Sequence record: NC_061447.1
Length of the DNA: 64,000 bases
Strand: one strand, 5' to 3'
Shown here piece by piece: positions 1 through 8,753 of the stretch. The notes beneath the pieces were generated by a model, which saw only the letters and a program-made list of their open reading frames with translations, was not told the origin of the DNA and did no database searches. Position numbers and translations under genes: made by a program. Position 1 is the first letter of the stretch. Every line of letters begins with the position of its first letter.

Positions 1-1
1 G

Positions 2-1162
2 AATGCTAATATCGTGGTATCGGTACAAAGCAAACAGTTCACTGGTCAGGCTGATAACGCTGGTGCGTTCTCTATCAACGTTGACCCACTGCCGTTTGGC
101 GATATCAACCTGACGTTCACTGCTGACGGCTATCTGGATAAAACGGTAACTGTCGTAACTGACTCAGTGCCTGGTCTGGCGCAGATTGACAGCGCATCGT
201 TCCTGACTACTTCTCTGTCTGGTAAAGCAACGCCAGAAGCAGAAGTCGAAATCCTGATCGACGGCCAGTCTAATCAGTTCGCTACTGCCAATGCGCAGGG
301 TGACTGGGCTGCTACTGTCGGTGCCGTTAAAGGCGCTGTGTCTATTCGTGTGCTGGAGAAAGACGGCTACGATGAAGCAACCGCGACAATGCAGCCGACT
401 AAACTCCAGTTCGGTGCAATCGCAGTTGATGACGCTGATGCGTTCGGCGAAACTCGCACTGTGGTATCTGGTACCATTGCAGGTCTGAATGCCGAAGCGA
501 ACGATATCGCTGTTACCGTAACAGTTCAGGCTGGCGTGTACGAAGGTACTGTCAATCTGGCTGCTGGTACGTTCAACATTACTGGTGTTGATGCGAAAGC
601 TGGTGTGGGTTCTACTGGTGTGGTCAACGTTACCTCTGCGTTCTACGAAGATGGTTCAACGTCGTTCACTATTCTGGAAGAGTTCGCTGCGCCTACGCTG
701 CAACAAGCACAGGACGGTCAGACTGCTGTAGTCGGTGACACTGTTGCGAGCGCCACCGTTAAGATCACCATGAACGGCGAAACCAAAACTGCGTCTTCAA
801 ATCCGCAGGGTGCGTTCAGTGTTAACGGCTTCACGAACGTTGTGCCTGGTCCGATCACTATCGAACTGTCACGCGCTCAATATCTGCCAGCTTCCTTCCA
901 GGTTACTCTGGTCGTTGAAGCACTCGGTCAGCTTGATGCTGATCTGAAAGCTGGCGAAGACACCGTTGCAGGACAAGCAACGCCTGGCTCTACTGTCACT
1001 TTGACGCAGGGTAGCGTTACAGGTGATGCTGTAGCTGATGCGTCCACTGGTGAGTTCATTATTACGCTGTCCGGCCCTCTGGTTGAAGGTCAGGCTCAGC
1101 TTGTGGTGCAACATGCTGGCTATGTTGACTTCACCGACACTTTAGCTGTCGCGGCAGCTTAA
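2..1162 (+). CDS. Ig-like repeat virion structural/decoration protein, 5' truncated
   Basis: Frame open from base 2. Repeated ~80-aa beta-rich units (vsG.a.Pgs.V.i...atA...G.fsi) typical of bacterial Ig-like domains. Confidence 0.7.
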   Translation, partial: NANIVVSVQSKQFTGQADNAGAFSINVDPLPFGDINLTFTADGYLDKTVTVVTDSVPGLAQIDSASFLTTSLSGKATPEAEVEILIDGQSNQFATANAQGDWAATVGAVKGAVSIRVLEKDGYDEATATMQPTKLQFGAIAVDDADAFGETRTVVSGTIAGLNAEANDIAVTVTVQAGVYEGTVNLAAGTFNITGVDAKAGVGSTGVVNVTSAFYEDGSTSFTILEEFAAPTLQQAQDGQTAVVGDTVASATVKITMNGETKTASSNPQGAFSVNGFTNVVPGPITIELSRAQYLPASFQVTLVVEALGQLDADLKAGEDTVAGQATPGSTVTLTQGSVTGDAVADASTGEFIITLSGPLVEGQAQLVVQHAGYVDFTDTLAVAAA

Positions 1163-1170
1163 TCCTTTAC

Positions 1171-1186
1171 AGGGGCTTCGGCCCCT
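1171..1186 (+). terminator. cUUCGg hairpin after Ig-repeat gene (no U-tract)
   Basis: AGGGGC-TTCG-GCCCCT. Confidence 0.5.
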
Positions 1187-1215
1187 AATAGAACTGAAAA
1201 TTCGGAGATTTACCC

Positions 1216-1866
1216 ATGAGCAATAAAGTCCTTGTACAACCGATTACCCTGACTACCTATAACGAGCGCTACGGTAAAGACACCGTTGCACCTATGTACG
1301 TTGCTAACCGTACTGAGCCTCGCGGCAACGTAATGTTCAGCGCGAAAGATGACATGGGACAGCCAGTTCCTGTTCTGGTTCCTGCTACCTTCATCCCAAT
1401 CGATCTGACGCAGCAAGCTACCAAAGATAGCCTGATGCAGTCTACTCACCTTCGCCGCGCCCTGCGTATGGGCCACTTGGTTATCATTGATACCAAGAGC
1501 GCCGAAGAGTACATGCGTAGCAGCAAGCTGGCGCAGAAAGAAATGCGTAACCTGAACAAGATGAACGCGGCTATCGCGGCTGAACTGGGTGAAGAAACTG
1601 GCGAACTGCAAGCTATCGATCTGGGCGGTGGTGCTCGTAAGAAAGAAATCATCTTCGAAGGCGGCGAGCAGCTCTCCAGCAACCAGTTCGTTAACGCATT
1701 CATCATGCGAGCGCAAGAAGACAGCGAAGAATCTGACGACAACCTGGAACGTGAATTCCTGTCTCGTGGTCTCGGTCTGCCTGTGTCTGAACTCAACATT
1801 CTGCGCGAGCACATCACTCGTCCAGCAATCGTTGAACTGATCGTTCAGGCTCTTGACGACGCGTAA
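1216..1866 (+). CDS. hypothetical protein
   Basis: GGAG RBS, 216 aa, followed by terminator. Confidence 0.8.
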   Translation: MSNKVLVQPITLTTYNERYGKDTVAPMYVANRTEPRGNVMFSAKDDMGQPVPVLVPATFIPIDLTQQATKDSLMQSTHLRRALRMGHLVIIDTKSAEEYMRSSKLAQKEMRNLNKMNAAIAAELGEETGELQAIDLGGGARKKEIIFEGGEQLSSNQFVNAFIMRAQEDSEESDDNLEREFLSRGLGLPVSELNILREHITRPAIVELIVQALDDA

Positions 1867-1882
1867 TCGACAAGCCATAGAC

Positions 1883-1920
1883 AAAAAAATGGGAGGCCCC
1901 GAAAGGAGTCTCCCATTTTT
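1883..1920. terminator. bidirectional intrinsic terminator between convergent genes
   Basis: A-tract, ATGGGAG...GAAA...CTCCCAT stem, T-tract. Confidence 0.85.
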
Positions 1921-1921
1921 A

Positions 1922-2101
1922 TTACTGCTGCTGTTCTGTTTGCTTGCGTAAGCGATCAAGAAACGCTGATGATTCACCAGGCTTAATCAATCGCGGTTCA
2001 ACTTTGATGCGGTTGATCAGACGCTGCATACGACGAATACTGCGACTGCGTAAATCTTCAATCGAGTGTTGCTTAAACTGCTTTCTGAATTTCAGAGCCA
2101 T
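1922..2101 (-). CDS. small basic protein (59 aa) downstream of primase; below ORF-track cutoff
   Basis: Hand translation MALKFRKQFKQHSIEDLRSRSIRRMQRLINRIKVEPRLIKPGESSAFLDRLRKQTEQQQ; AAGGA RBS; starts 1 nt after primase stop. Confidence 0.65.
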   Translation of the reverse strand: MALKFRKQFKQHSIEDLRSRSIRRMQRLINRIKVEPRLIKPGESSAFLDRLRKQTEQQQ

Positions 2102-2102
2102 T

Positions 2103-3161
2103 CTACTTTCCTTTCTTCTCTATTGCTTTAGGTCGATTCCATCCAAGCGCTTTCGCTGGCATGATGCACTTCTTGCCGTGAATGTCTTTCAGTGTCATGC
2201 GAACTTCTTTGATCAACTTGAATGGTGCGTTATCTGGGTCGAGCTTAATCAGTTTACCTTCTTCATCAAACTCACGAGGCAGCTTGAAGTGTTTGACTGG
2301 TACTGGTGAGTTCTTCGCAAACTCTTCCTTGATCTTGGTACGAAGCAACTTCCCGCCACCGTCATTATCTGTCATGGTGTACACGACACTCACACCAAGC
2401 ATCTCAATCGTTCTGCGTTTCGTTTCACCAAACTGTTCTGCGCCAAGAACTGCCAGAGCAGGTATACCATACGATAACAGCGCGAGAGCATCACGAGGAC
2501 CTTCCACCAGCACAACGTAGCGCAGCTTGTATTTCTTCAAACACTCTTTGACTAATGGAAGTGGGAACAGGCCTTTGTCTTTTGCCCAATCACCTTGCGA
2601 GTTCACATAGCTGGTGCCGTTCATTTGCTTACGCAGATATGCAGCGATACCGCCTATGTATTTCGTTCCGTGTTTGCATGGGAAGAAACAAACGTTCGTC
2701 CCTGTGTGCTGTGCGTTAAGCAAACCACCAGCAGCACGAACAAGCGCTCCAGGATAACCGCGCCACTCAACATCAAGCGGCCACTCCATGTAGCTCTTAC
2801 GTCCAAGCGCTTTCATCAATAGACCAACTGATGGGTAAGTACCGATCTTCGAGCCTATCTGGTCATACGTTTTAAGCAGAGCACTAAGAGAGTTCGTGCC
2901 AGCATCTTTTAGCGCCCAGCCTTTGATCTCTTGTAGTCTCGCGTGTGCTGCGAGTTTGTTCCAGCCACCCTTCTCACCGCAGCCAAAGCAGTGAAAGAAT
3001 CCGAGCGGTATCTCCATCCCTACAGATGTGTAAATACCACAACTAGGAGTCTTATCGCTGTGGAACGGACAGCACACCATAACAGTGTCGCCGTTGTATT
3101 TCTTCTCGCCTGGCAGTTTGCCAATTTCATCGAGAATTATCTGATGGACATCTTCTGCCAT
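2103..3161 (-). CDS. DNA primase (DnaG-type: Zn finger + TOPRIM)
   Basis: CCPFHSDKTPSC...FHCFGC zinc finger; VLVEGPRDAL and DNDGGG TOPRIM motifs. Confidence 0.92.
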   Translation of the reverse strand: MAEDVHQIILDEIGKLPGEKKYNGDTVMVCCPFHSDKTPSCGIYTSVGMEIPLGFFHCFGCGEKGGWNKLAAHARLQEIKGWALKDAGTNSLSALLKTYDQIGSKIGTYPSVGLLMKALGRKSYMEWPLDVEWRGYPGALVRAAGGLLNAQHTGTNVCFFPCKHGTKYIGGIAAYLRKQMNGTSYVNSQGDWAKDKGLFPLPLVKECLKKYKLRYVVLVEGPRDALALLSYGIPALAVLGAEQFGETKRRTIEMLGVSVVYTMTDNDGGGKLLRTKIKEEFAKNSPVPVKHFKLPREFDEEGKLIKLDPDNAPFKLIKEVRMTLKDIHGKKCIMPAKALGWNRPKAIEKKGK

Positions 3162-3200
3162 ACCATCCTCTATTCGTTTCGTAATTTACGCATATAGCTA

Positions 3201-3209
3201 TATTTACAG
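3201..3209 (-). promoter_or_regulatory. CTGTAAATA motif upstream of primase (candidate phage-sigma promoter)
   Basis: Same motif precedes sigma (9581), SSB (10662, CTGTAAACA) and 22889 (22848) on +. Confidence 0.5.
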
Positions 3210-3225
3210 AAAAGGGACAATAAGA

Positions 3226-3561
3226 ATGGGTAATCCACATCGCTATGTACATAAAGCGGAACGTCGCTTTTATGATCGGCACTGGCTACAGTTTTGCGAT
3301 CTACTCAAAGTCGAACCTCAAACGTTAGGCGCGTTCAACAATCAGGGTGATATGATAGGCCTTACTTTGCCTGCCGCTACTGATATTGAGACAATGACCA
3401 GTAGTCTGCGCCTGATGTATTCTTTCAAGGAAGAAGGCGTTGAAGTACGCTGTTACCTGTTTGGTACTCGCTACTACAAGTTCGTTTTCTTTGAACAAAC
3501 AATTGCCGTAAGCGAGGATGACTATGAGAACGTTCGCAAACGTACCAGCGCGAGTCAATGA
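3226..3561 (+). CDS. hypothetical protein
   Basis: ORF divergent from primase, overlaps next gene. Confidence 0.7.
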   Translation: MGNPHRYVHKAERRFYDRHWLQFCDLLKVEPQTLGAFNNQGDMIGLTLPAATDIETMTSSLRLMYSFKEEGVEVRCYLFGTRYYKFVFFEQTIAVSEDDYENVRKRTSASQ

Positions 3562-4609
3562 TACTCGCGTGTTGTCGCGCATCGGCAAGATGATCGATGC
3601 TGCGCTTGACGTAAAGAACCAAGAGAAGCGCTGGCCGAAGAAACGCGTCAGCCCTTCAATGTTTCCTATCTGTGCGATTCAAGAAACGGCCAAGCTGATT
3701 TACCAGAAGCACAACAAGTGCATGACTGGTGAGTCTGGTACGTTGCTGAACATCTTTGCGAAAGCAGGGACAGGGATGCACGAATCGTTGCAGAATGCTC
3801 TGGGCCACAGTGGTCAGATGGTTGGTCACTGGAAGTGTACCAACGAGAAGTGCGTAGAGTACCCGAAGACCAAAGGCAAAATGGTTGACGGTAAGTACAA
3901 GAAAGGGAAGTACACGCGAACTAAAAGCACGAACAACCGCTGCCCATCTTGCGATCAACCTATGGCTTATGCAGAATTGAAAGTCCTGTACAAGTCACTC
4001 AAAGGTTACGTCGATGGACTGATTGATAATCTTGACGGCACATACAGTCTGATCGATTTGAAATCAACTATGGTCACTAAGGCCGCAGATGGTTCGTTCT
4101 TTGTTAAATACCATCGCTTTCAGATCGCGACCTACGCCTATCTTCTCAAAAAGCGTTATGGCTATAACATCGTGGACTACACTCTGGTGTACGTACCGCG
4201 TGACAACCCTAAAAAGTTTGTCGAGAAGACCTTTGTGTTTGACGAGGCAGAGTCAAAACGCGCAAAAGATTTTATGATGGAGCAAATACGCGCATGGGAT
4301 GCTGCGGTAAAATCGGCGCGCACGGGTGATCTGCTGCCAGCTATTAAACGTAAGCCGTGCAAGAGCGCTGAGTATTATTGGGACGAGTTCCACGGATATG
4401 ACACATGCCCTTTTGTTGACTATTGCTTTATTCAATCACACATGATTGACTTCATGAAGAAGTTAGAGCAGCGAATCATGGCCAACCCCGACCTGACATA
4501 TATGGAAATCGTAAGTACGGGTCGGAAAACTCAACAACAAGGTCTGCTGCCGGACAAGAAGCAGAAGTCTCAACGTCCGAAGCATATCGTAAAAACATTT
4601 GAGCTATGA
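3518..4609 (+). CDS. Cas4-like PD-(D/E)xK exonuclease
   Basis: SPSMFPIC, GTGMHE, GYVDGL, IDLKS, QIATY motifs; C-terminal Cys cluster (C...CPFVDYC); inserted C..C/CPSC Zn ribbon. Confidence 0.85.
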   Translation: MTMRTFANVPARVNDTRVLSRIGKMIDAALDVKNQEKRWPKKRVSPSMFPICAIQETAKLIYQKHNKCMTGESGTLLNIFAKAGTGMHESLQNALGHSGQMVGHWKCTNEKCVEYPKTKGKMVDGKYKKGKYTRTKSTNNRCPSCDQPMAYAELKVLYKSLKGYVDGLIDNLDGTYSLIDLKSTMVTKAADGSFFVKYHRFQIATYAYLLKKRYGYNIVDYTLVYVPRDNPKKFVEKTFVFDEAESKRAKDFMMEQIRAWDAAVKSARTGDLLPAIKRKPCKSAEYYWDEFHGYDTCPFVDYCFIQSHMIDFMKKLEQRIMANPDLTYMEIVSTGRKTQQQGLLPDKKQKSQRPKHIVKTFEL

Positions 4610-5016
4610 GCATACAAAAAGATTATGAACGATCATTGCGCCGACTTAAGGAGTCTGTCTATCGCACTGAACAGCTAGGTTATGTGGTGCCTCGCTGCAT
4701 CGACGTTATTCTCTCTAAGGTAAAGCCACCCGATCAAGTACAGTCACGTAAGTATCTGGTAATGCTGATGTTGGTCAGCCAGACCTGTGATAACCTGCGA
4801 TCGGCCTTGACCATGAGAGAACAACTGGTAGTTAAGATGGCTCTACTCAGTCGCAAGCATCCAACACCAGAGATTCAGCGTCGCATTAGACGCCTTGAAG
4901 AACTGGTTAATAGTCAAGACAAGAACATCGAAGGCCAGAGATTGCTACTGGACTACAGAGCAAATATCCTAACCGATATTCTCGACGGCAAAGAACCCAA
5001 CTCTCGATACACTTGA
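4606..5016 (+). CDS. hypothetical protein (coiled-coil)
   Basis: ATGA overlap with upstream gene. Confidence 0.75.
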   Translation: MSIQKDYERSLRRLKESVYRTEQLGYVVPRCIDVILSKVKPPDQVQSRKYLVMLMLVSQTCDNLRSALTMREQLVVKMALLSRKHPTPEIQRRIRRLEELVNSQDKNIEGQRLLLDYRANILTDILDGKEPNSRYT

Positions 5017-5023
5017 GGTAATC

Positions 5024-5500
5024 ATGGAAATTTATGTAAGCCTTAGTCAGGATAGCACGTACAAGAACCGCGCTCGCGTATCAAGCCCAGAGTCCACAAC
5101 TGGACGCACTGACCTGGCCGATTACGCTTCATTGGAGAAGAAGCTCCGTCTCACAGAAGAAGCCAAGGACAAAGAAAAACTAGCTCAAAAGGCTGGTGGC
5201 GGTGATTCTGTAAAGGGTAAGAAAGGCGCCAAGAAATCCGGCGAAACTAAACCCGAAGAAGACGATACTGACATTGATACCGACACTGATACAGATGGTG
5301 GTGACGATGAAACAGATGACGCTTCCGATGATACTGGAGACGACTCCGATGGAAAGTCTAAGACTAAGAAAGGTGGAAAGAAATCTGACACCTCTGGAGA
5401 TGCTGACGCAGAAGACGCAGAAGACCCTGACGCGGATGAATCCGAAGGTGATGACGGGGATGCAGATGCTGAAAGCATTGATGACGAGGACATCGAATAA
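5024..5500 (+). CDS. charged low-complexity protein with MEIYVSLS N-terminus
   Basis: GAGG RBS; K-rich and D-rich blocks. Confidence 0.8.
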   Translation: MEIYVSLSQDSTYKNRARVSSPESTTGRTDLADYASLEKKLRLTEEAKDKEKLAQKAGGGDSVKGKKGAKKSGETKPEEDDTDIDTDTDTDGGDDETDDASDDTGDDSDGKSKTKKGGKKSDTSGDADAEDAEDPDADESEGDDGDADAESIDDEDIE

Positions 5501-5534
5501 CGATCCCGTCGATGTGCCGAAAACGCATGATGCA

Positions 5535-5996
5535 ATGATCGAAGTCCTGATCGCCATTCGTTATATGTGCATGAAGCGAATGGTCTATCCTGTAGTCGCT
5601 GCAACAATCGAGCAGAGCAACAACTATCTGGTGATGAACAAAGCCTGTCTCCAGATGAAGCCTACGAAAGTCTATACTGCCCTGCAAGATCCAAACTGTG
5701 AAGTGAACTCGCGTTGGTTATTACGTGCATTCACGCGCACTGCCTTGCACTTCGATTTGTTGCCTGTGATAGCAGATAGGAGTGGCGACTTCCAGCCGTT
5801 AATCACTCGCTATTTCACACAGGATGATCCTGACTTCGCGTATCGTCGTCAGTACGACATTCGGAACCTGACCCAGCTTACTCAAATTCGTAAGCCGCGA
5901 ATGTATCTGCTTAATGGAGTTAATTATGGCGTACAAATCACTCGCCAAGAAACCGAAGAAGTCGAAAGCCGCCAAAGAGGCCGAGACTCGGAATAA
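5535..5996 (+). CDS. hypothetical protein (start re-assigned; GTG 5514 also possible)
   Basis: The track's 5274 start overlaps the real 5024 gene; only the part after 5500 looks like a natural protein. Confidence 0.65.
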   Translation: MIEVLIAIRYMCMKRMVYPVVAATIEQSNNYLVMNKACLQMKPTKVYTALQDPNCEVNSRWLLRAFTRTALHFDLLPVIADRSGDFQPLITRYFTQDDPDFAYRRQYDIRNLTQLTQIRKPRMYLLNGVNYGVQITRQETEEVESRQRGRDSE

Positions 5997-6582
5997 GGCA
6001 CACAAACAAGCGAAGCGTGGTAAGCTCGCGCAAGCTGTTAAAACTATCAGTGCTGCTACAGCCAAGTCTCGTCGCATGACCAAAGGTGAGAAACGCGCAA
6101 TTCAATTGCAGCCATTCAAGCCGCAAGTTGTACCTCAGCCACCGAAGACTCCTCTGATGGAAAAAGGTATGTCGCTTACTGCGCTGATGCGCTCGACACC
6201 TCGCCTGATGAAAGAGAACGCGATGGAGTGTTACGTTAACGGTGTGAAACGCGGTAAGACTAACAAAGGTCTGCCGATGATCATGGCTAACGTGCGACAC
6301 AAAGATCCACTGCGCCCTAATAAAACAGTGCGCATTCACAAGCCGATGATTATCGGTCTGGATGACCCGTTCAAGCCTATTTCAAAACAAAAGCGTGTAC
6401 TGGTCAGTTGTCCATGTGAGAACTTTGTTTTCATGTGGGAGTATGCGGACGCCGAACACGGCTGTGCGCGAATTATTTACGGCAACGGTGAGCCACCTGA
6501 CTTCACTAACCCAGGACATGCGCCTGGTTTGTGCAAGCACCTGATGGCTTTAGCCGATCAAGTCAAACGCAACGGAGATTAA
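5926..6582 (+). CDS. SWIM-type Zn-finger protein with basic N-terminus
   Basis: VSCPCENF...GLCKHLMAL (CxC-xn-CxH); GGAG RBS at 5916. Confidence 0.75.
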   Translation: MAYKSLAKKPKKSKAAKEAETRNKAHKQAKRGKLAQAVKTISAATAKSRRMTKGEKRAIQLQPFKPQVVPQPPKTPLMEKGMSLTALMRSTPRLMKENAMECYVNGVKRGKTNKGLPMIMANVRHKDPLRPNKTVRIHKPMIIGLDDPFKPISKQKRVLVSCPCENFVFMWEYADAEHGCARIIYGNGEPPDFTNPGHAPGLCKHLMALADQVKRNGD

Positions 6583-6587
6583 TCTCG

Positions 6588-6869
6588 ATGTTCTTTAAAA
6601 ATCCTGCGATGGGTGTTGTGCCCAGCCAGCCAATCATCCACTCGATTACAGAGATGCACCGTCGTGTTGCAGAACTGAATGGTGAACTGATCGCTGCTGG
6701 CTGTACTGTAGTTGAGAACTGCGGTGAGATGCTGATTGAAGTACCTGCTGGTGCATCTATCACTGTGGATGAAATCGTGCAGCGTCATATGGACATGTTC
6801 AAAGGTCCTATCGTCAGTCGTCCTGCTCGTTTGCAAATCGGAGGCGAAGATGCAGAAGCAGAAATTTAA
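6588..6869 (+). CDS. hypothetical protein
   Basis: GGAG RBS, co-directional packing. Confidence 0.65.
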   Translation: MFFKNPAMGVVPSQPIIHSITEMHRRVAELNGELIAAGCTVVENCGEMLIEVPAGASITVDEIVQRHMDMFKGPIVSRPARLQIGGEDAEAEI

Positions 6870-7281
6870 TCCTGCAATCAATAGTGTGTCGTTGCACTTT
6901 GGTCCGCACATCGTTCACGGACATGCAGAAGAAAGCGCGTTTGGCAAAGTGATGCAGAACATGTTGCTGCGCGAGATCAACAAAACATGCGGCGAGATGT
7001 TTGAGAAGATGGCTGGTACCCCTGCTGCCGCTCCTACATCATTCGATTTTTCTGAGGTAAAAGCCAGCAGCATTCTCGGGTCTGTCCAGCGCTGGCGTGA
7101 GATGATTGCCAGACAGGAACCAGTCAAGGAGTTCGAACCGTGCTCTGTGCCTGACTGGATGCGACCAGGTCTTCGAGCTAAAGGCATGACTGATGAACAG
7201 ATTGATAAGATCATTATCACTGCTGTCGAGCCTTCGTTTGAAGACGTTCCAGGCATTGTGTTGAGAACGGTGTCCTCCTAA
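6850..7281 (+). CDS. hypothetical protein
   Basis: GGAGG RBS before ATG 6850. Confidence 0.7.
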   Translation: MQKQKFNPAINSVSLHFGPHIVHGHAEESAFGKVMQNMLLREINKTCGEMFEKMAGTPAAAPTSFDFSEVKASSILGSVQRWREMIARQEPVKEFEPCSVPDWMRPGLRAKGMTDEQIDKIIITAVEPSFEDVPGIVLRTVSS

Positions 7282-7496
7282 TGGCATGTTCAGGTTGCGG
7301 CCGTCGTAGCACACGCATTAGCTATCACGGCGCTTCTGCTCCTCAAGTCGAAGTCGAAGAGGACGATACGTTAAGCGCTGCGCGTTTAACTCCAATGGGC
7401 TGGGTACGCACCTGCGTTAAGTGCGGGAAAGTGTCTGAGCCTTCACCATTTGCAGAAAACATCAATAAGCCATGTGACTGCACTTTAGACGAGTGA
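7281..7496 (+). CDS. small Cys-rich (Zn-binding?) protein
   Basis: CSGC, CVKC, CDC; TAATG coupling. Confidence 0.7.
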   Translation: MACSGCGRRSTRISYHGASAPQVEVEEDDTLSAARLTPMGWVRTCVKCGKVSEPSPFAENINKPCDCTLDE

Positions 7497-8227
7497 TCAT
7501 GATGAACAATCTCGTTGGCCTTGTGGCCGCTCTGGACCATTGTCGCTTCTATGCGGAGAATATGGTTCACATTCAATTCGGCAGTTCTCTTTGTGTTGTG
7601 CCTCCTGAGGCGCCATACAATCAACCAATCAATGAGCGACGTCTGCACTCATTGGCGGAAAGCATCGAGCTGGCATTCGACAATGCAATCAGCCGTACTG
7701 ATTTGGAATTTCCTATTCAGGGTATTCTCTATCGCTTCCGTTCTCTCTTTGGTCAGTACGTTGCGCAATATCGTGAAGATCTGTCGCGTGGTAACCCGTA
7801 CAAAGACAAGCAGGAAACTCTGACGCCCGCAGTTCCTGAGCGTCTTCCTGGCGAGCATGAGAAAGAGTTTGCATCGCGCTTCCTTAAGTATACCTCAGAC
7901 CAAGTTCAGGCATTTCTGTCTATGGTGTGTTTTGATCAGTATGCGCGTGAACAAACTGATTGTTGGTTGCCTGCTCCTGCTCCAGCGTTTGATCATCCTA
8001 CGAACACCTTCAATGAAAGCCCACTAGCGTTTACGACTACGCATAACGTTCTGGTCAATCATTTGATGGAAGCGATGTTGAAAACGTATAGCGACACGCT
8101 GGATATTCATGTATCGTTGCGCGACTACGGCGTGTCTGTATTATTCCCGCTGGTGGCTGAATGCCGTAACGTGATTTACGCTGCATGGCCTATCCCTAAC
8201 GCTAAAGGACAAAAACCAAATGTCTGA
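7493..8227 (+). CDS. hypothetical protein
   Basis: GTGA overlap, 244 aa. Confidence 0.75.
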   Translation: MIMMNNLVGLVAALDHCRFYAENMVHIQFGSSLCVVPPEAPYNQPINERRLHSLAESIELAFDNAISRTDLEFPIQGILYRFRSLFGQYVAQYREDLSRGNPYKDKQETLTPAVPERLPGEHEKEFASRFLKYTSDQVQAFLSMVCFDQYAREQTDCWLPAPAPAFDHPTNTFNESPLAFTTTHNVLVNHLMEAMLKTYSDTLDIHVSLRDYGVSVLFPLVAECRNVIYAAWPIPNAKGQKPNV

Positions 8228-8753
8228 TGTTATTCTGTTCGATAAACAAAATGAGTGGGAAGACTTCGGCAGCGCGGTCTACGAAGAATTTCGTCTGAAC
8301 GTAATGACGGGAAGTAGCAGTGCCAGCCAGATCCCAACTGTCGCACCGTTCGAAGACGTGAAGCACCAACTAAGCTATTCGAGCATTCTGCCTGAAGGTG
8401 AGCAGTCGCCTATCGTTGTGCTTGACATTCTTGTCATGGAAATCGATCTGGCTGAAGGTGAATCCAGCAGCTACAATGCAGACAGTCTGGACGAAGCTGT
8501 GCGTAAAGTTGTGGCACTGTACCAGGCTCGCGCTCGCGATCTTGACTGCCACCTGACAGGCAACTTCATCACAGCAGACCACAAAGTCAATGGTGCCCTG
8601 CTGCGTATCTATCGCAATCAGGACTTTGTGTGCAAAGGTCACCCTGAACTTCTGCACGGTAAACCGCTCGGTATGTTCCACTGCGACAAATGCGGTCAAC
8701 TGCAACAGGCTGGCTGCTTCCACTTGCCCAAAGAGGAAACTCAAAATGGTTAA
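8220..8753 (+). CDS. hypothetical protein with C-terminal Zn-ribbon-like motif
   Basis: C..H...HCDKCG...CFH. Confidence 0.7.
   Translation: MSDVILFDKQNEWEDFGSAVYEEFRLNVMTGSSSASQIPTVAPFEDVKHQLSYSSILPEGEQSPIVVLDILVMEIDLAEGESSSYNADSLDEAVRKVVALYQARARDLDCHLTGNFITADHKVNGALLRIYRNQDFVCKGHPELLHGKPLGMFHCDKCGQLQQAGCFHLPKEETQNG

Noticed and set aside
1944-2309. + strand ORF 1944-2309
   Set aside because: Antisense to primase and to the 59-aa coupled ORF; TTG start directly after a terminator.
3518-4609. CRISPR-Cas locus suggested by Cas4-like gene
   Set aside because: No cas1/cas2 or effector genes and no repeat-spacer array anywhere in the window.
5274-5534. N-terminal extension of the 5274-5996 ORF
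   Set aside because: Overlaps the acidic 5024 gene in another frame and reads as a frame-shadow (M/T-rich); start moved to ~5535.
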